From NCBI GenBank assembly GCA_964016885.1, contig OZ024740.1:30814001-30878000 (forward strand): a stretch of DNA of 64,000 bases, read 5' to 3'. The DNA comes from Eledone cirrhosa. Lineage: Eukaryota. Below are positions 39,936 to 53,602 of the stretch, piece by piece; the first letter of the stretch is position 1, and the number at the start of each line of letters is the position of its first letter. A program made the translations under genes and the position numbers. The notes below the pieces were generated by a model. The model saw only the letters and a program-made list of their open reading frames with translations, was not told the origin of the DNA and did not search any database.

Positions 39936-41038
39936 TTTCTGGCTTGCTGCTTTCTGAGTTCAAATCGCACAGATGTCAACTTGGTATTTCATCCTTTCGA
40001 GGTCGATAAAAAAGTACCAGTTCAGTTCTGGGGACCGACCCCCCCCCCCTCTCTCTCTCCTTCGTCGTATTTTTCTTTCCCTCCCTCCTTATCTTCCTCT
40101 TCTTCTGGAAGAAATGGGTTGTGTCCAGGTTTGTAAAGAGGATGGTCTACGCTATGATTAATGTGTCTAAGGCTCGCTGTATGTCATGACGGTGCACATA
40201 CAACTCCATAGTAACCCTGGTATATAAAACAACAGGATATCCGCAATTGAAAGGTCTTTGAGCATAGGTTTACTCAATGAGGTCTTATCTAAAGAACGTT
40301 ATTGTTGTTATTATTACTAGATGAGGGCGACGTCTTCTCTCTCTGTCTCTCTCTCTCTATTTATGTACATCTCTTTCACTTGACGCTCCCCTCTCTATAT
40401 AGAGATGAAGGTGACGTCATCACGTTCTGTCTATCTACCCCTTTTTGACACAGCGTTCCATTTTCTATATCTATGTACATATCTCTCGCTTGGCGCTCCC
40501 CCTCTCTATATAATGTGAGCGTGGCGGACGGACGGACGCATAGACAACTATCTTATAATATAGATTACTGTTGTTGTTTAGACGTAGGTGTCAATTCTAC
40601 TCAAGTAGATCTATGATCACAAGGCATTACATCTGTCAGCCATCTGTCTTTAGGAAGAGTGTCTCGGACACAACGTATTTAGGACCACATTATCCAATAC
40701 AGCCTCCCTTTTTTTATTCAAGGAATATTTCGCTATCATTTCTAGCAAGACGAGTGACAAAGCAGAAGGCTCTTATCAAAATTATCTCTGCGTGTGTCAT
40801 TATGTCATTATAATTCTCTCTGAATGTGTCATATTTCTGACGTCAGCTTCTATGACACTTCATTTTAAACAGGAAATTGTTACTTTTGTTTAATTCTTAG
40901 GAAAGAAATCAGATTTTGCTTTTATTTTTACTCTATAAGATCTTTCAGTAAGAGGTAGGTAATAAAACTGACAGTAATTGGCAGCGTTTTTTTAAAATAT
41001 CAAATGTAAAATACAAGTATTATATGAATCGAAAAAAA

Positions 41039-41140
41039 TCCCACCGAGGTTAACTTTGCCTTTCATCCTTACGGGGTCGATAAAATAAAGTACCAGTAAT
41101 GCACTGGGTAATTGATGGCCTTGTGCCAAAAATAGAAACA
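41039..41140 (+). mobile_element. 5'-truncated SINE family A with target-site duplication
   Basis: Flanked by ATTATATGAATCGAAAAAAA on both sides. Confidence 0.85.
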
Positions 41141-41202
41141 ATTATATGAATCGAAAAAAAGAGGTGGTGGATTAACAGAATTAGTAGAGCGTCAGATATA
41201 AT

Positions 41203-41551
41203 TGTTTCTACTTTTGGCACAAGGCCAGCAATTACCCAGTGCATTACTGGTACTTTATTTTATCGACCCCGTAAGGATGAAAGGCAAAGTTAATCTCGGC
41301 AGGATTTGAACTCAGAATGGCAAGAGCCGTAACTCTATGCTGGAAAGCATGGCGTCCGACCCTCTACCGATACTGCCAAACATGGTGTCCGACCCTCTAC
41401 CGATACTGCCAATCATGGTGTCCCACCCTCTACCGATACTGCCAATCATGGTGTCCCACCCTCTACCGATATTGCCAATCATGGTGTCCCACCCTCTACC
41501 GATACTGCCAATCATGGTGTCCCACCCTCTACCGATACTGCCAATCCACTG
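41203..41551 (-). mobile_element. SINE family A with six tandem 33-bp head repeats
   Basis: TSD GTAGAGCGTCAGATATAAT at 41184-41202 and 41552-41570; 33-bp repeat spans 41348-41545. Confidence 0.9.
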
Positions 41552-41839
41552 GTAGAGCGTCAGATATAATGTCATAGCATTATTTGTTCTGGATTTTCAC
41601 ATTCTGAGTTCAAACCCCGCCGAGGTCAACTTTGCTTTTCATCCTTCAGGGGTCGATAAAATAAAGTATTAGTCAAATACTGTGGCTGATTTAATCAACT
41701 TCGCAAAATCTACTGGCCTTGCGCCTAAATTATAAATCATTAATTTTTAAAGAGGAAAGTTTGTGCTGGTGGGTCTCAAGAATGTAACAAGATGTGATGA
41801 ACGTTAGACGAAGAGTCGGTTACATGAAATGCGTACAGC

Positions 41840-42000
41840 CAGTGTTGGATTTACCATTGTGCTTAGGTGTGCTTAGGTGTGCTTAAGCCCAGGGCCCTGT
41901 TGGCCAAGGAGGGGCGGCATCTTCTTACCAATAAAATCTTTTGTAAGGAGCCTCATAACTTAACCAGCACAGGGCCTCATTTGTCCTAAATCCGGCACTG
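41840..42000. mobile_element. hAT-type MITE (161 bp)
   Basis: TIRs CAGTGTTGGATTTA / TAAATCCGGCACTG (12 of 14 match); perfect 8-bp TSD CGTACAGC at 41832-41839 and 42001-42008. Confidence 0.9.
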
Positions 42001-42397
42001 CGTACAGCAAAAGATACCGACTAATGCAGAATAACTAAATTATTGTGCCAAATTGGTTTATTTAATACAAACTTTCTAGACGCAGACATGTTTGTGTGGT
42101 TAAGGAGCTCGCCGCACAACATGTGGCTTCGGGTTCAGTCACACTGCATGCTACATTAAATACATACTGTAATCTCGAGATGATCAATGCTTTTGAGGGA
42201 AATTTCCAGAAGCCCGTCGCATGTATAGATAGATGTGTGTGTTTATGTGTCTATAAGTTGACTGTTTGTTTATGTCTTGTAACTTAGCGGTTCAACAAAT
42301 AGAGATCGACAAAACAAATGCCAGACAGTACAGGTACAGTGCTCGATATTATACGTTCCATATACTGTACCGATTGTGTTGTTATTTCTGTTTACCT

Positions 42398-42464
<67 letters not shown>

Positions 42465-42470
<6 letters not shown>

Positions 42471-42720
42471 TAAAATAACAGATTAAAGTTTAAGCAAAGA
42501 ATCGCTGCTTTCACCCTTAACGGGATCTTCTGAAACTAACAAAGTCAATCTGTAAACGCAGAAGTGAATATTTCAAAGAACGTAGCAACCGGAGGAAGAC
42601 AGGAAGACGATACTTTGGTTCGTGGAAACGTTCCGAGGCAAAGAACGGGAAAAAAAGAATATATATTTATCCTTATCGAGCCCTCTTTGGATTTTAGTCT
42701 TCAAATTTATTATTATTACT
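42465..42720. mobile_element. (TA)n-inserted interspersed repeat
   Basis: Related copies at about 4335-4425, 16900-17060 and 28180-28290, each adjacent to (TA)n. Confidence 0.7.
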
Positions 42721-42855
42721 ATATATATATATATATATATATATATCACCATATCACATTCAGAGACGGCTTTCCTGATGATTTCCTTCCAATGAAACAA
42801 TTCTAGTCCTATAGAAGGTCATTTCTATATTAAATATATATATGTGTGTGTGCGG

Positions 42856-42903
<48 letters not shown>

Positions 42904-43074
42904 GTGTGGGTGTGTGTAGGGTAGTCACATGATAGTTTGCTTCAATAAATAATAGAGTCAATAGTTCTAATAACAACCGCTAGTTGTTTATTAAGACACT
43001 ATATGGGACGACAGTTTTATTGAACCACGGATGACTTAACTAACTTTCCTAGGACAAAATGCCCGACTGGTTTA

Positions 43075-43540
43075 TGCATTACATACATAGGTACAATCAT
43101 ACATACATACATACGTATACACACACACACACATACATACATAGGTACATACATACATACATACATACATGCATTACATACATGCATTACATACATACAT
43201 ACATAGGTATATACATTCATACATACATAAGTATACACACACACATACATACATACTTACATAGGTACTTACATGCATACATAGATAAGTATACACACAC
43301 ACACACATACATACATACATACATACATACAGACTTACATAGGTACATACATTCATACATACATAAGTATACACACACATACATACATACATACATACAT
43401 AGGTACGTACATGCATACATACATAAGTATACACACACACATACATACATATATACTTACATAGGTACATTCATAAGTATATACACACACACACACATGC
43501 ACACACATACATACGTATGTACGTACGTACATACACACCA
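43075..43540. repeat. (ACAT)n-based compound microsatellite
   Basis: Low-complexity tract. Confidence 0.9.
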
Positions 43541-43754
43541 ACAAACAAACACAATGGCGTCGTCCCAGTCCTTTATTCATTCATTGACTAAAAACTAAAC
43601 TGATTGTCGTTTTTGGATAAATACAAAGAGCCTTTTTCGAGAAGATTTTAGCAATCAAAAAGCGGTCAAGTTATGTCACCATATTACGAAAGCAACTGTC
43701 TATGGTTTTCAATTAATTGTTTAAATCATCAACAATTTAGAAGGATTTAGTAAT

Positions 43755-43962
43755 ATCGATCGACTTTCGTCAAATCGGATAGAGGAATTAATGTTTCCGT
43801 TGGTCTTTCCAGTTGCTAATACTATCTATCGGTCGCAACTCCAGATAGAAGGTGCAACATGAAATAAAGTGTCTTGCTCAAGGAAATAACGCATCCAGGA
43901 ATCGAACTCACAACCTCAAGATTGTGAATCCAATTCTCTAACCACACAGTCACACGCCTTCA
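43755..43962 (-). mobile_element. tRNA-derived SINE family C
   Basis: Reverse complement of 39465-39675. Confidence 0.75.
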
Positions 43963-44877
43963 CGTATATCTTCACACGCCTTAGTAGTATATATTTTTTC
44001 ATTATTAAGCTGGTAATTTGAAGATAACGTTACAAAGGTTCTTACATAAAATGATGGAAGGGTTTCAGATAAATATAAATACTTTAAATAAACGATTTGT
44101 ATTATAGAAGAAAGGGCAACTTCAGGCAGTTTGGTATCAAAATGGTTAACTTACAACAACAATCTTCAGTTAACATGCAAAATCCCCTTAAATTTAGCTT
44201 CACGAATCATAGGAACATCTACGCTACTTTATCCTACATACTCTCTCTAACCGCAACCTGGTGCAGTCTGCGACTAACCCAGGTTCTGCTGCACGTCGGG
44301 CTGAGGAGGCCAAACTCTTCAAATACCGGTCGTTCTCCGACAGGTTTGTTGTGTACCCTTGGCAGTGAAGACCTCTGGAGTCCTCGGCCCTAGGGTACCT
44401 CCCTACTCACCACCATAGGTACTGAGCTGGCCAGCCGCAGGTGTGAGCCTTGCGAGCTGGAATGGCTTTTCCAGCGCGTCTCCCTTGCCGTCCTCCGGGG
44501 AAACGCCTTCTCCATTCTGTCCGCCGGGGCTGTGGGGAGGCCATCGATATGATTGACTCACTTGTCATTTTATCAGTCAGATGTTCCAAGAATAATACGG
44601 GGTTGTAGATTCAAAAAGTATTATATTTGGAATTTGTTGAACAAGAAATCTATATATATAAAGTTGTACTTTCTGTCACTGACCAGAGTAGAATCTCTTT
44701 GTGAAGACGAAGTGTGTGTCAAAGGATCTAAGATTAGTTATAGTGTAAACACTTTAAAAACAACAGTTTTCTATCATAGTACCAGGGGCGGTTTCAGGAG
44801 TGTGGTATCAAAAGAACAAAACTAGTCCACAACTGTTTGTCCAACTATATTGTATTGCAATGGCCAATAGACAGTGG

Positions 44878-45200
44878 ACGCAGCATGACCGAATGGTCAT
44901 GTTCGCATCCTATTCATTAGGTTCCGGGTTCGCTCTCTTCTTGAGCAAGTGTTATTTACTATAGCCTCGGGTCGAACTATGCTTTATGAGTAAAATTGGC
45001 TGGGTGGGAACTGTCTCGAAGCTTTTCGGGTTGACTGTACCTGCAGTTCGATGAGGCCAGTCCTGTTACATCCTATGGCACGCTGTATCTCATTGAGAAC
45101 TACAGAGGGTACACATGTCTGTGGAATGCTCAGCCACTTACATGTTAACTTCACGAGCAGGCTGTCTCATAGATTGAACGATAGGAACATTCTCATTGTT
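44878..45200 (+). mobile_element. SINE family B
   Basis: tRNA-like head plus the core shared with 4715-5005. Confidence 0.65.
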
Positions 45201-45368
45201 GAAAGGTCTATTCCATTCCCATTGAATTAGAGTTGGGAGTAACAGAGACCGATTGATCGAAATGATGACAATCAAAATCTATTACCTTTGGCTCTCTCCT
45301 GAAGGAAATCGACAGGCCACAGAAAGACATCGAATAGCTGGATACTATCTGGAGATGCAAAACCAATA

Positions 45369-45558
45369 GTTGCTTCTACTTTTGGCACAAGGCCAGCAAT
45401 TACCCCAGTGCATTACTGGTGCTTTATTTTATCGACCCCGTAAGGATAAAAGGCAAAGTTAACCTCGGCAAGATTTGAACTCAGAAGTAAAGGGCCATAA
45501 CTCTATGCTGCAAAGTATGGTGTCTGAGGCTCTACCGATACTGCCAATCAACCGCTGT
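45369..45558 (-). mobile_element. SINE family A with target-site duplication
   Basis: Flanked by GATGCAAAACCAATA on both sides. Confidence 0.85.
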
Positions 45559-46298
45559 TGATGCAAAACCAATAATGAATTCACGAAAGACAAGTTGTGA
45601 CTTTAGGGTACCCTACCCAGCAAAATTTACGAGAACTTCCAGCGAAACACACTCACAGATAAACTTTTAAAAAAAGGTAAAAAGCCCTTAATTCCTGGTG
45701 GAGTCGGAGGGACGTCATCCCTCTCAAGGTCGATTACTTCCAGAGAGTGAGGGGGTGATAATCGAACCCAGATTTTGGATAGGCAGAGAATAGGAAAATT
45801 AATGCCATGCATATTTTTTGTTGGTATCCTTAAAGAGTGTAATATTGACAACAACAAACAGAGCCGATCACAACATTCTCACAGGACATGAGAATGAGAC
45901 CTAGTCAGAATAAGTGTTTAAAACGCCCACAACGTTCAAAACATTATATCGATATGCTTGTATCGATATAATCGACTTTCTCTTCTCCTCAAATTGATGA
46001 TTTTGCGCCTAAATTAGAAACAATACTTTCAAGTCGATAAAATAAGTACCTGTCACGTGTTTCTTCAAAATTAATGATCTCATCCATTGTAGAAAGATAA
46101 CAGAGTCGATATGCCTAGCCATAATCAAACTAACAGTTTTACATGATAATGTATCTAAACTGGTATTTGTTATTGAAATATAAAATAAATAAACAATAAA
46201 TACTGAATTATATATAATCAGAAACCTGTAGAAGTATTTTATAGTGTTATTTGGGTTCATGCTCTATGAGAGCATGAACCCAAACGTGGTCGTTGTCA

Positions 46299-46858
46299 TC
46301 ACGTGGGCTTTTGAGGCACAAACTTGACATTTGTATAAGAAACGTGTTCGACAAAATCACGTGAGCTTTTGGGGCCCAAACTTGGCATTTGTATCAGAAA
46401 TGTGATCGATATCACACGTCAGCTTTTGGGGCCCAAACTTGTCATTTGTATCAGAAACGTGATCGATATCACACGTCAGCTTTTGGGGCACAAACTTGGC
46501 ATTTGTATCAGAAACGTGATCGATATCACACGTCAGCTTTTGGGGCACAAACTTGTCATTTGTATCAGAAACGTGATCGATATCACACGTCAGCTTTTGG
46601 GGCACAAACTTGGCATTTGTATCAGAAACGTGATCGATATCACACGTCAGCTTATGGGGCACAAACTTGGCATTTGTATCAGAAACGTGATCGATATCAC
46701 ACGTCAGCTTTTGGGGCACAAACTTGGCATTTGTATCAGAAACGTGATCGATATCACACGTCAGCTTTTGGGGCACAAACTTGTCATTTGTATAAGAAAC
46801 GTGATCGATATCATCATGTGACCTTTTGGAGCCAAAACTTGACATTTGTATCAGAAAC
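46299..46858. repeat. 57-bp minisatellite, about 10 copies
   Basis: Unit CACGTCAGCTTTTGGGGCACAAACTTGGCATTTGTATCAGAAACGTGATCGATATCA; 19-aa periodicity in the ORF track. Confidence 0.95.
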
Positions 46859-47169
46859 GAAAATACATAAAATAACACAATACTACTTACTTCTACGGCT
46901 TTCTGGTTTAGAAAAGAAATGTTTATTACTTCTACAGATAAATAACGTTCAAATTGTTTTTAATTCTTACAGAATGAAAATATAAACACATATAATACAA
47001 TTAATACTTCATAGTTGCACAAACAACATTACAAATAGTTTGCAATTCCTTCAGAATGGAAATATAAATAGAGCATATAAATAATTTTACAGTAGAATAA
47101 CATAAATATGTTTTAAATATATACATAAATAACATTACAAATGCCTCGGTAACACTACAAAGGATGATA

Positions 47170-49108
47170 CAATGAAAGATATATTCCTTCAATGCTACAA
47201 TATTAAAGAAAATGTAAAGGAAGGGGTGAACGGAGCCAACACCAGAGCAAAAGACAGCAACGTCGCGAGTACTGTGCAACCTCTCTAATGATTTTTGAGG
47301 CAAGCCAGCACACTCGCAGCGTTGCCTCGGGTGATGGCGAGGCTGATGCGCTGAAACAGCCAAGCACCCTCGCGAGATTCGCCACTCACCTCTATTAGGC
47401 GAGCCGCCAGTGAGGAAAGGAACCTCGCAGTCAGCGGCCCGACTCCTCCAAACGTCTCGAAAGCCACAGGCTGAAAAATGTAGCTGGCCGACAGATCAGA
47501 TATTTGAGGGTCTTACTCCGCTCGGCTGCAGAAGCTGTGGCTCTCGTCCTAACCGCAACATCGAGGATGTGGGAAAGAGCAAAAGAGTCACTAACAGTGA
47601 CGTCCCAGACAAGGCACCTGCCTCTCGACCAGGGGCACAGGGTAAGACCGTCAGGTCTTTTGCCGTCACTTCTGGACACCCCAGATGGTTCCAAGACTGA
47701 GGGGATATTCGCCCGGGCCAAATCTCTCTTCAGAATGAGGTTTAGCTCCCTGTGACGCGCGAAGCGGCCGGCATTCAAGCGGCAAGAAAGACCGTGAAGG
47801 CCTGTAGAGTCGAGGAGTTTGCCGCATCGACACCTCAAACCCACGCAGACGTCGGCTCCCACTCTGAGGGCGATGGAGACACGAAGTTCGTTCAGGCTGA
47901 GTAGGCCACCAACGTTGGCCACGGGTAGGGCATTGACCCAGTCGCCTGAGTATTTGGCGCTGGTAGATAGTAAGCGGCACCATGCAAACTGATCTGACTG
48001 GACGAAGAGGGAGTCGACGGTGGCCTTCGAACTTATGCTGTCTCAAGCTCTCTGACTTCGACTGTCCTCCACCTTCTCAGGAAGAGACAAGCCCAACTCA
48101 CTCCATTGCTGGAGAGCTTCACCCAACTCCCTATTGGAACTAGTCCATGTTGGAGAGGAGAGGATGCTGCTCACCAGGGTGGAGCAAGCGTGGGTGGAGG
48201 AAAGGAAGCGGGGGAGAGAGAGGGACGAACACTTACGGAGGCCAAGACCACCAAATCGCTTGGGCAACGCAGCCTGATCGCGGGACTCCGGAGAGAGTCT
48301 AACATTGACCAGGTACTCGAGTCTCGCGAGGATTAAGTCGTCGAAGCGTTGGAGGCAGGACGGAAATATGTGAGAGGGGCTGACCCTGAGCAGATACAGA
48401 AGCTTAGGAATAGACAGGTAGTTCCTGAGTATGAAGAAACCTTGATGGGGTTCGATAACTGCGATATTCCTCAGCAGCTACTCAAGGCCAACCATCTTCG
48501 ATTGGAAGATTGACTCGAAGGCAAGGTCTGTGATTGGAGCTCCTAAGGAGCACCAAGCCGACGGAGCAGGGACCGCGATGGAAGGGAAGGACTCTGCGAA
48601 CAGGTCGATCAGCTATTGGTGTTGAGAAGCCGGGTGATTGAGGATCCAGAACTCACATTTGGAGCTATTGATCTGGAGACCCCGGCGGCCAAGCTCCTCC
48701 ACCATCCTGTTGGCAGTGGCGAGAACCATATCCGGAGTTCCCCTCAAACAGGCGTCGTCGAGGTACCAGACATTGAGGTCCAACTCATCCCCCATCTTGG
48801 TGACGTCATCAATTCCCAGTGCAAACAGTGCGGGCCCGAGTGGGTCACCCTGTTGGACTCCTGAGGCAGAGGTGATGATCTGGTTACCGAAAAAGAGGTA
48901 GGAGGGCTCCCGATAGGCCTGTCAAGCAAAGTGGTAGAGTTGTGGGTCCCTCACTCTTACTGAGCCGAGGACGATGTCGCGGCTGACGGAGTTGAAGGCA
49001 TTCCTGAGATCAAGTTTGAGGATGACCTTGGGGGACGAGGAGGGCAAGTTGGCAAATGCTCTGGCAGCGTGGACAGCAGCCTCACATCCCAACCTGGTAC
49101 CCACCCCC
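47170..49108 (-). mobile_element. 5'-truncated, frameshifted CRE-clade non-LTR retrotransposon
   Basis: RT motifs GCEAAVHAAR, KLDLRNAFN, GVQQGDPLGP, WYLDD; Zn knuckle CRCG...HGLSC; RLE RSDGKRPDGLTLCPWSRGRCLVWD; split over several frames. Confidence 0.85.
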
Positions 49109-50199
49109 TATATGATTCAGTCTTTATTGTTTATTCGTTTTATATTTTCTCTACTGATTTATTTATTTACTTATATATTTTTTGCTGAGGAATCAAGGAT
49201 CCCATACTGTGACCGATGGTCTAGAAAATGTATGTAGCTCTGTCTTAGACCTTTAGAAAACAATGTATACAAGCGAAGATTTAAAGCATTATTCGAAGCA
49301 TATGTATTAAAAAAAAACATTTTCTTTTATCACAAATATATTCGAAAATTTTCATTGAAAAATAATTTGATTTATTGTCTGATATATGTAGCATGATTCA
49401 AAGCATATGCACCTGTTTGTTTGTTTTTAATCACAGATAAATTTGAATATTTCCTTTGCTGCCTCCTTCTATAAGGTGATTTCTGTCACTTAATTTTGTC
49501 TTAATCAGGTGTCATCAGTTCAACCTCACAAACCTCTCATATCCGCAACTCTGACATTTACTGAATTAATATCATTCCAACCTACAGATTGTTTGTTAGC
49601 GATCTTTTGTTGATAGACAAATGTTTTATCAGTATCAGTATTTGTGTGTGTGTGCGTGTGCTTTTTGCGTTGTTAAATAGTTCAGTTACATTAGTTACTA
49701 TCTCTCTAAACTTTTCTCTCTATCTCCTCTTTCTTTCACACACACAGACACACTACATACACATTCAAGCGATCACCATATTTTTTATATAGCCTTAATA
49801 AAGGTTCGGATTACATGACTGCTACGTGTCCACATTGTTTGGAAGGAGCAGAGAAACTGGAAAATTCGGCTTAATTTTCTGTGCTATTTCCGTTACCTCT
49901 AACTCCTTAGTGTATAACCTAGAAACGTAAAACAATTGTCTTGATTCTATAAATGCTATGTTTACATATATACTGACACATACACACACACACAGACTAT
50001 ATATACTACACACACCACACTTACCATACACACACCACACACACAGTGTACCAGTATATATGAATGTATATATTTGTGTGTGTGTGTGATTTTTTTCCTG
50101 TCTCCTGTCGTCTCCCTTTTCTCCAATTTTCACCCTTGGTTCCCGTTTAGTTTCTTTCCTTATTTCCGTCTATCTTTCTATTTTTTATCTCTCACATTC

Positions 50200-50240
50200 T
50201 ATCTTCTGATGAAGGAATAACATCTGAAACGTTAAAATTT
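50200..50240 (+). ncRNA. Degenerate minimal hammerhead motif
   Basis: CTGATGA-AGGAATAACATCT-GAAACGTTA with weak stems; more decayed relative on minus strand at about 4550-4585. Confidence 0.4.
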
Positions 50241-50542
50241 TTTTCCTACGATATCAATCGTTAAACTGATATATACATCATCTATTGTTCTCTGGTATTG
50301 GTTTTCCTTGTTGACTTTTCTTGTATATGTGTTGTGTGTGTGTGAATATATATATATATATACACAGTTCAAGAGTAACCAATCTTAAAGAGAGAGATTG
50401 AGATAGTAAAGGAGATATGAGAGGAAAGATTGGTAAGTTAGTTAGAAGCCAAAGCGTAAAGGCATGTGCTCAATGTGCAATATGCAGTAGAAAGCAGCTA
50501 GGTGGCTGGGTTCATGCAGAGGTTAGGTGCGCAGAGCTGGAA

Positions 50543-50901
50543 ATATTCATTAGTTAAGCAAAACAAGACCACAAATTTCACAAGGAAGACATTATTAAAA
50601 GATTGTCAACATATTTAGTTTGATGTAAGGAATGTAGAGAATAATAATAATAATAATAATATTAATAATAATAATGCCCGTTTACAATTGTTTCGCTAAT
50701 CTGAGCCAGATCAATTATGATACATAGTCATCTGATCCAGAAATATTATACGGAGTAGCGAAACAATTGTAAACGGGCATTATTATTATTAATATTATTA
50801 TTATTATTATTCTCTACATTCCTTACATCAAACTAAATATGTTGACAATCTTTTAATAATGTCTTCCTTGTGAAATTTGTGGTCTTGTTTTGCTTAACTA
50901 A

Positions 50902-50908
<7 letters not shown>
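50543..50908. repeat. Palindrome (about 155-bp arms, 57-bp spacer) ending at (TA)n
   Basis: Arms 50543-50698 and 50756-50908 differ only by one AAT unit; inner ends carry CGAAAC-AATT-GTA. Confidence 0.92.
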
Positions 50909-50954
<46 letters not shown>

Positions 50955-51830
50955 GAGTAGAAGGTTAGTAAAATTGAAGTTATGGCAGCCGACCAACACC
51001 CGCGAAGTAACAATTCGGAGTTTGCGCGAAGCACTCAATAAGAATGTATCGATAAATCGATAGGTTACACCTTAGAGTAAGAAACATACGTTAAAAAGCG
51101 TGCCAAATTGAAAACTGTGGTTAGGGGACATAGCCACAGAAGCCACCACAACAACGAAAATACAATCAGGTTATATAACAAACCTGGACCGTACCGAGAG
51201 TATTATGCAATATCCTCGATTTGTTTCTATGAATCCAAAATCAACAATATATATAATCAGTTACAGTGGCATTGTGCAGATACTTAAGTTTCATTGGGTT
51301 TTACACCAACTCATTTAGTCTGCCATGTTGTGATGGAGTTACAGTATAGCAGATTGAATGTATGTGTTTGTATTTGTGTGAATGTATGTATGTATATGTG
51401 AGCGTGTGTGTGTGTGTGTGTGAAACTTGCTTATAAGTGTTAAGACAAGAAGATGTTTCTACCCACTACGTTTCATCAGTTAGGTTTGAGAGAAAGATGT
51501 GTAAAAATAACTGTTTGCCACCATACAAACATTAAACTAACATTTGATTCGTCACTGTTACCAAAGATCTAATATTCCTATGTGAAGGTAAAATGTAAAT
51601 TTTCTTATAACGACTTAGAGAAATTTGGTGAAAACGATGTTGTTGCCCTCGACACCAGCTAAGTTTTTAATCATATCTGGTATGTGAATTTCCTCTCAAA
51701 ACAGCTCGTTTATGTGCGACATCTCTTAGATCACGCTATCATGGCGTATGCTGACAATTCTCTCTCTCTATCAATCTCTCTCTCTCTCTTTCTCTCTCTC
51801 ACACACACATGCACACACACTGTCTCAAAA

Positions 51831-52346
51831 CTTATTTCTTGGGGATGCAAGATCATGGTTAAATTATTTAAATGTTCTATACAATAAAACAAGAGAAAAA
51901 AATGAATTAAATAGAATAGCTGGAAGCATGATAATCATCTACAGTTTATCACATTCAAGAATATGGTACATAGTTTTTAAGTACAACACACACTGAGTCA
52001 AAAATAAATACTACCTTACACACGAACAGCAGGGTCAGCATTACATGAGCGACAGTGCTCTCTCTAACCAACATTCAGCTTTTTCCCTGGGACATGTGCG
52101 CATGCGCACAATAGCCAAACACTACATCACTGGAACTGTGAAAGACACAGTTCCATACAAAGAGTTTTGTAATTTTTCATGAACGAGGGGTTGGCTACTG
52201 ACATTAAGTTTAAAGATTATATAATGTACAAGTATAAAGAAAGAATTAAAGAAAAAAAATGACTTATTATATTGAATTTTATTGATAATATCGAGTGAAA
52301 ATAGGGGGTGCTGCAGTTCCACAGTACCTAACACGAGTCGCCACTG
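51831..52346 (-). mobile_element. Terminal fragment of the same hAT family as 1948-3797
   Basis: Matches 3507-3797 and ends in CACGAGTCGCCACTG, the complement of the TIR at 1948 (1 mismatch). Confidence 0.8.
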
Positions 52347-52716
52347 CTTACTTCTCTACATCAATAGTGAACTAGCCATCATGTCCATCAACACCCTCTT
52401 TTATACATGCAGATTAGACACCTCATGTCAAACCTGCACTGATTCCATCATCTGAGACTTTGAATGCTTCCTTCAATGGGGTTGTGTCTTATCGCATATA
52501 ACAGTATAGGAAAACTCACTTATTGCTCATTTCAAGAAAACATCATCAGACATCACCCATAAGCAGCACAGTAGAGTCCTCAACACCACCCACCACCACA
52601 CTTGATCCAAATTCTAGGCCTCAGAATTACTGAAAATCTCTCATGACGGACGCTTATCCTTTCAAAAACTGGCCTTTCTCTTCAACAATGACCAACCCAA
52701 TGTGATAGATAGACAG

Positions 52717-52750
<34 letters not shown>

Positions 52751-53602
52751 TTAAGAACTGCAGAATACTGTCTTACATTTTGGCTGTTAGATACAAGTGT
52801 CACCTGCTAAGAACTTGAGAAACAATATACTTAAAATATAATTATTGAGTTGGATTCCTATCATAAATCAAGTATACTTTGTAGTTATATAACCTGATGA
52901 AACTTTATTGCTTAGCATTACAGATCAGCTGTTCAACTGGCCATGATCTTTGCGATATAGCGATATACTAAGGGCAGGTGAAAGCAGAATTGGTAGAGCG
53001 TCGGATAAAATGCTGTTGTGGTATATGTTTTGGCTAACCACTAACACTACTGATCACTCAGCATTCTGTATCTTACATCCCCCATTTCTATATGTATAGC
53101 TCTGTAACTCCTGATATACGACGTTTCTTGGCTGATTTCTCCCAGAGAGAGAGTAAGAAAGAGTCATGGGGGAAGAATCGACTGCAGTACCGGACTAGTA
53201 CTTTATTGACTTCGGGAGGATGAAATGCAAAATTGACCTCGGCAGATTTCGAACTCAGAACATCAAGAGTCGAAACGAATACGGAAAATCATTCTGTTCA
53301 ACATTCTAACAACTTTGCCAATTCGGGGCCTCCTCATATTTCTAAGTTCTATTAAAATGATTCCCGCATTTCTGTATTATCTAGCAGTGTACCTGTCCAA
53401 AACCTAGAATTCCAATAAATAAATAAATAAATAAAAACGTTCTGGACAATTTATATAGGGAACTTATTCTCAAACTCCACAGAATTCTATCACCTTTTTC
53501 TGTTCAAACCTCCCATAACTGGTCACTCATACTGATGTTAAGGTATTTTTCTCAAAATAAATAATATCAAAATCTAATAGATTCGATATTATGTGAGATG
53601 AA

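Noticed and set aside
46357-46985. Repetitive ORFs on both strands
   Set aside because: Translations of the 57-bp minisatellite
52890-52930. Hammerhead at CTGATGA
   Set aside because: No stem II or downstream GAAA box
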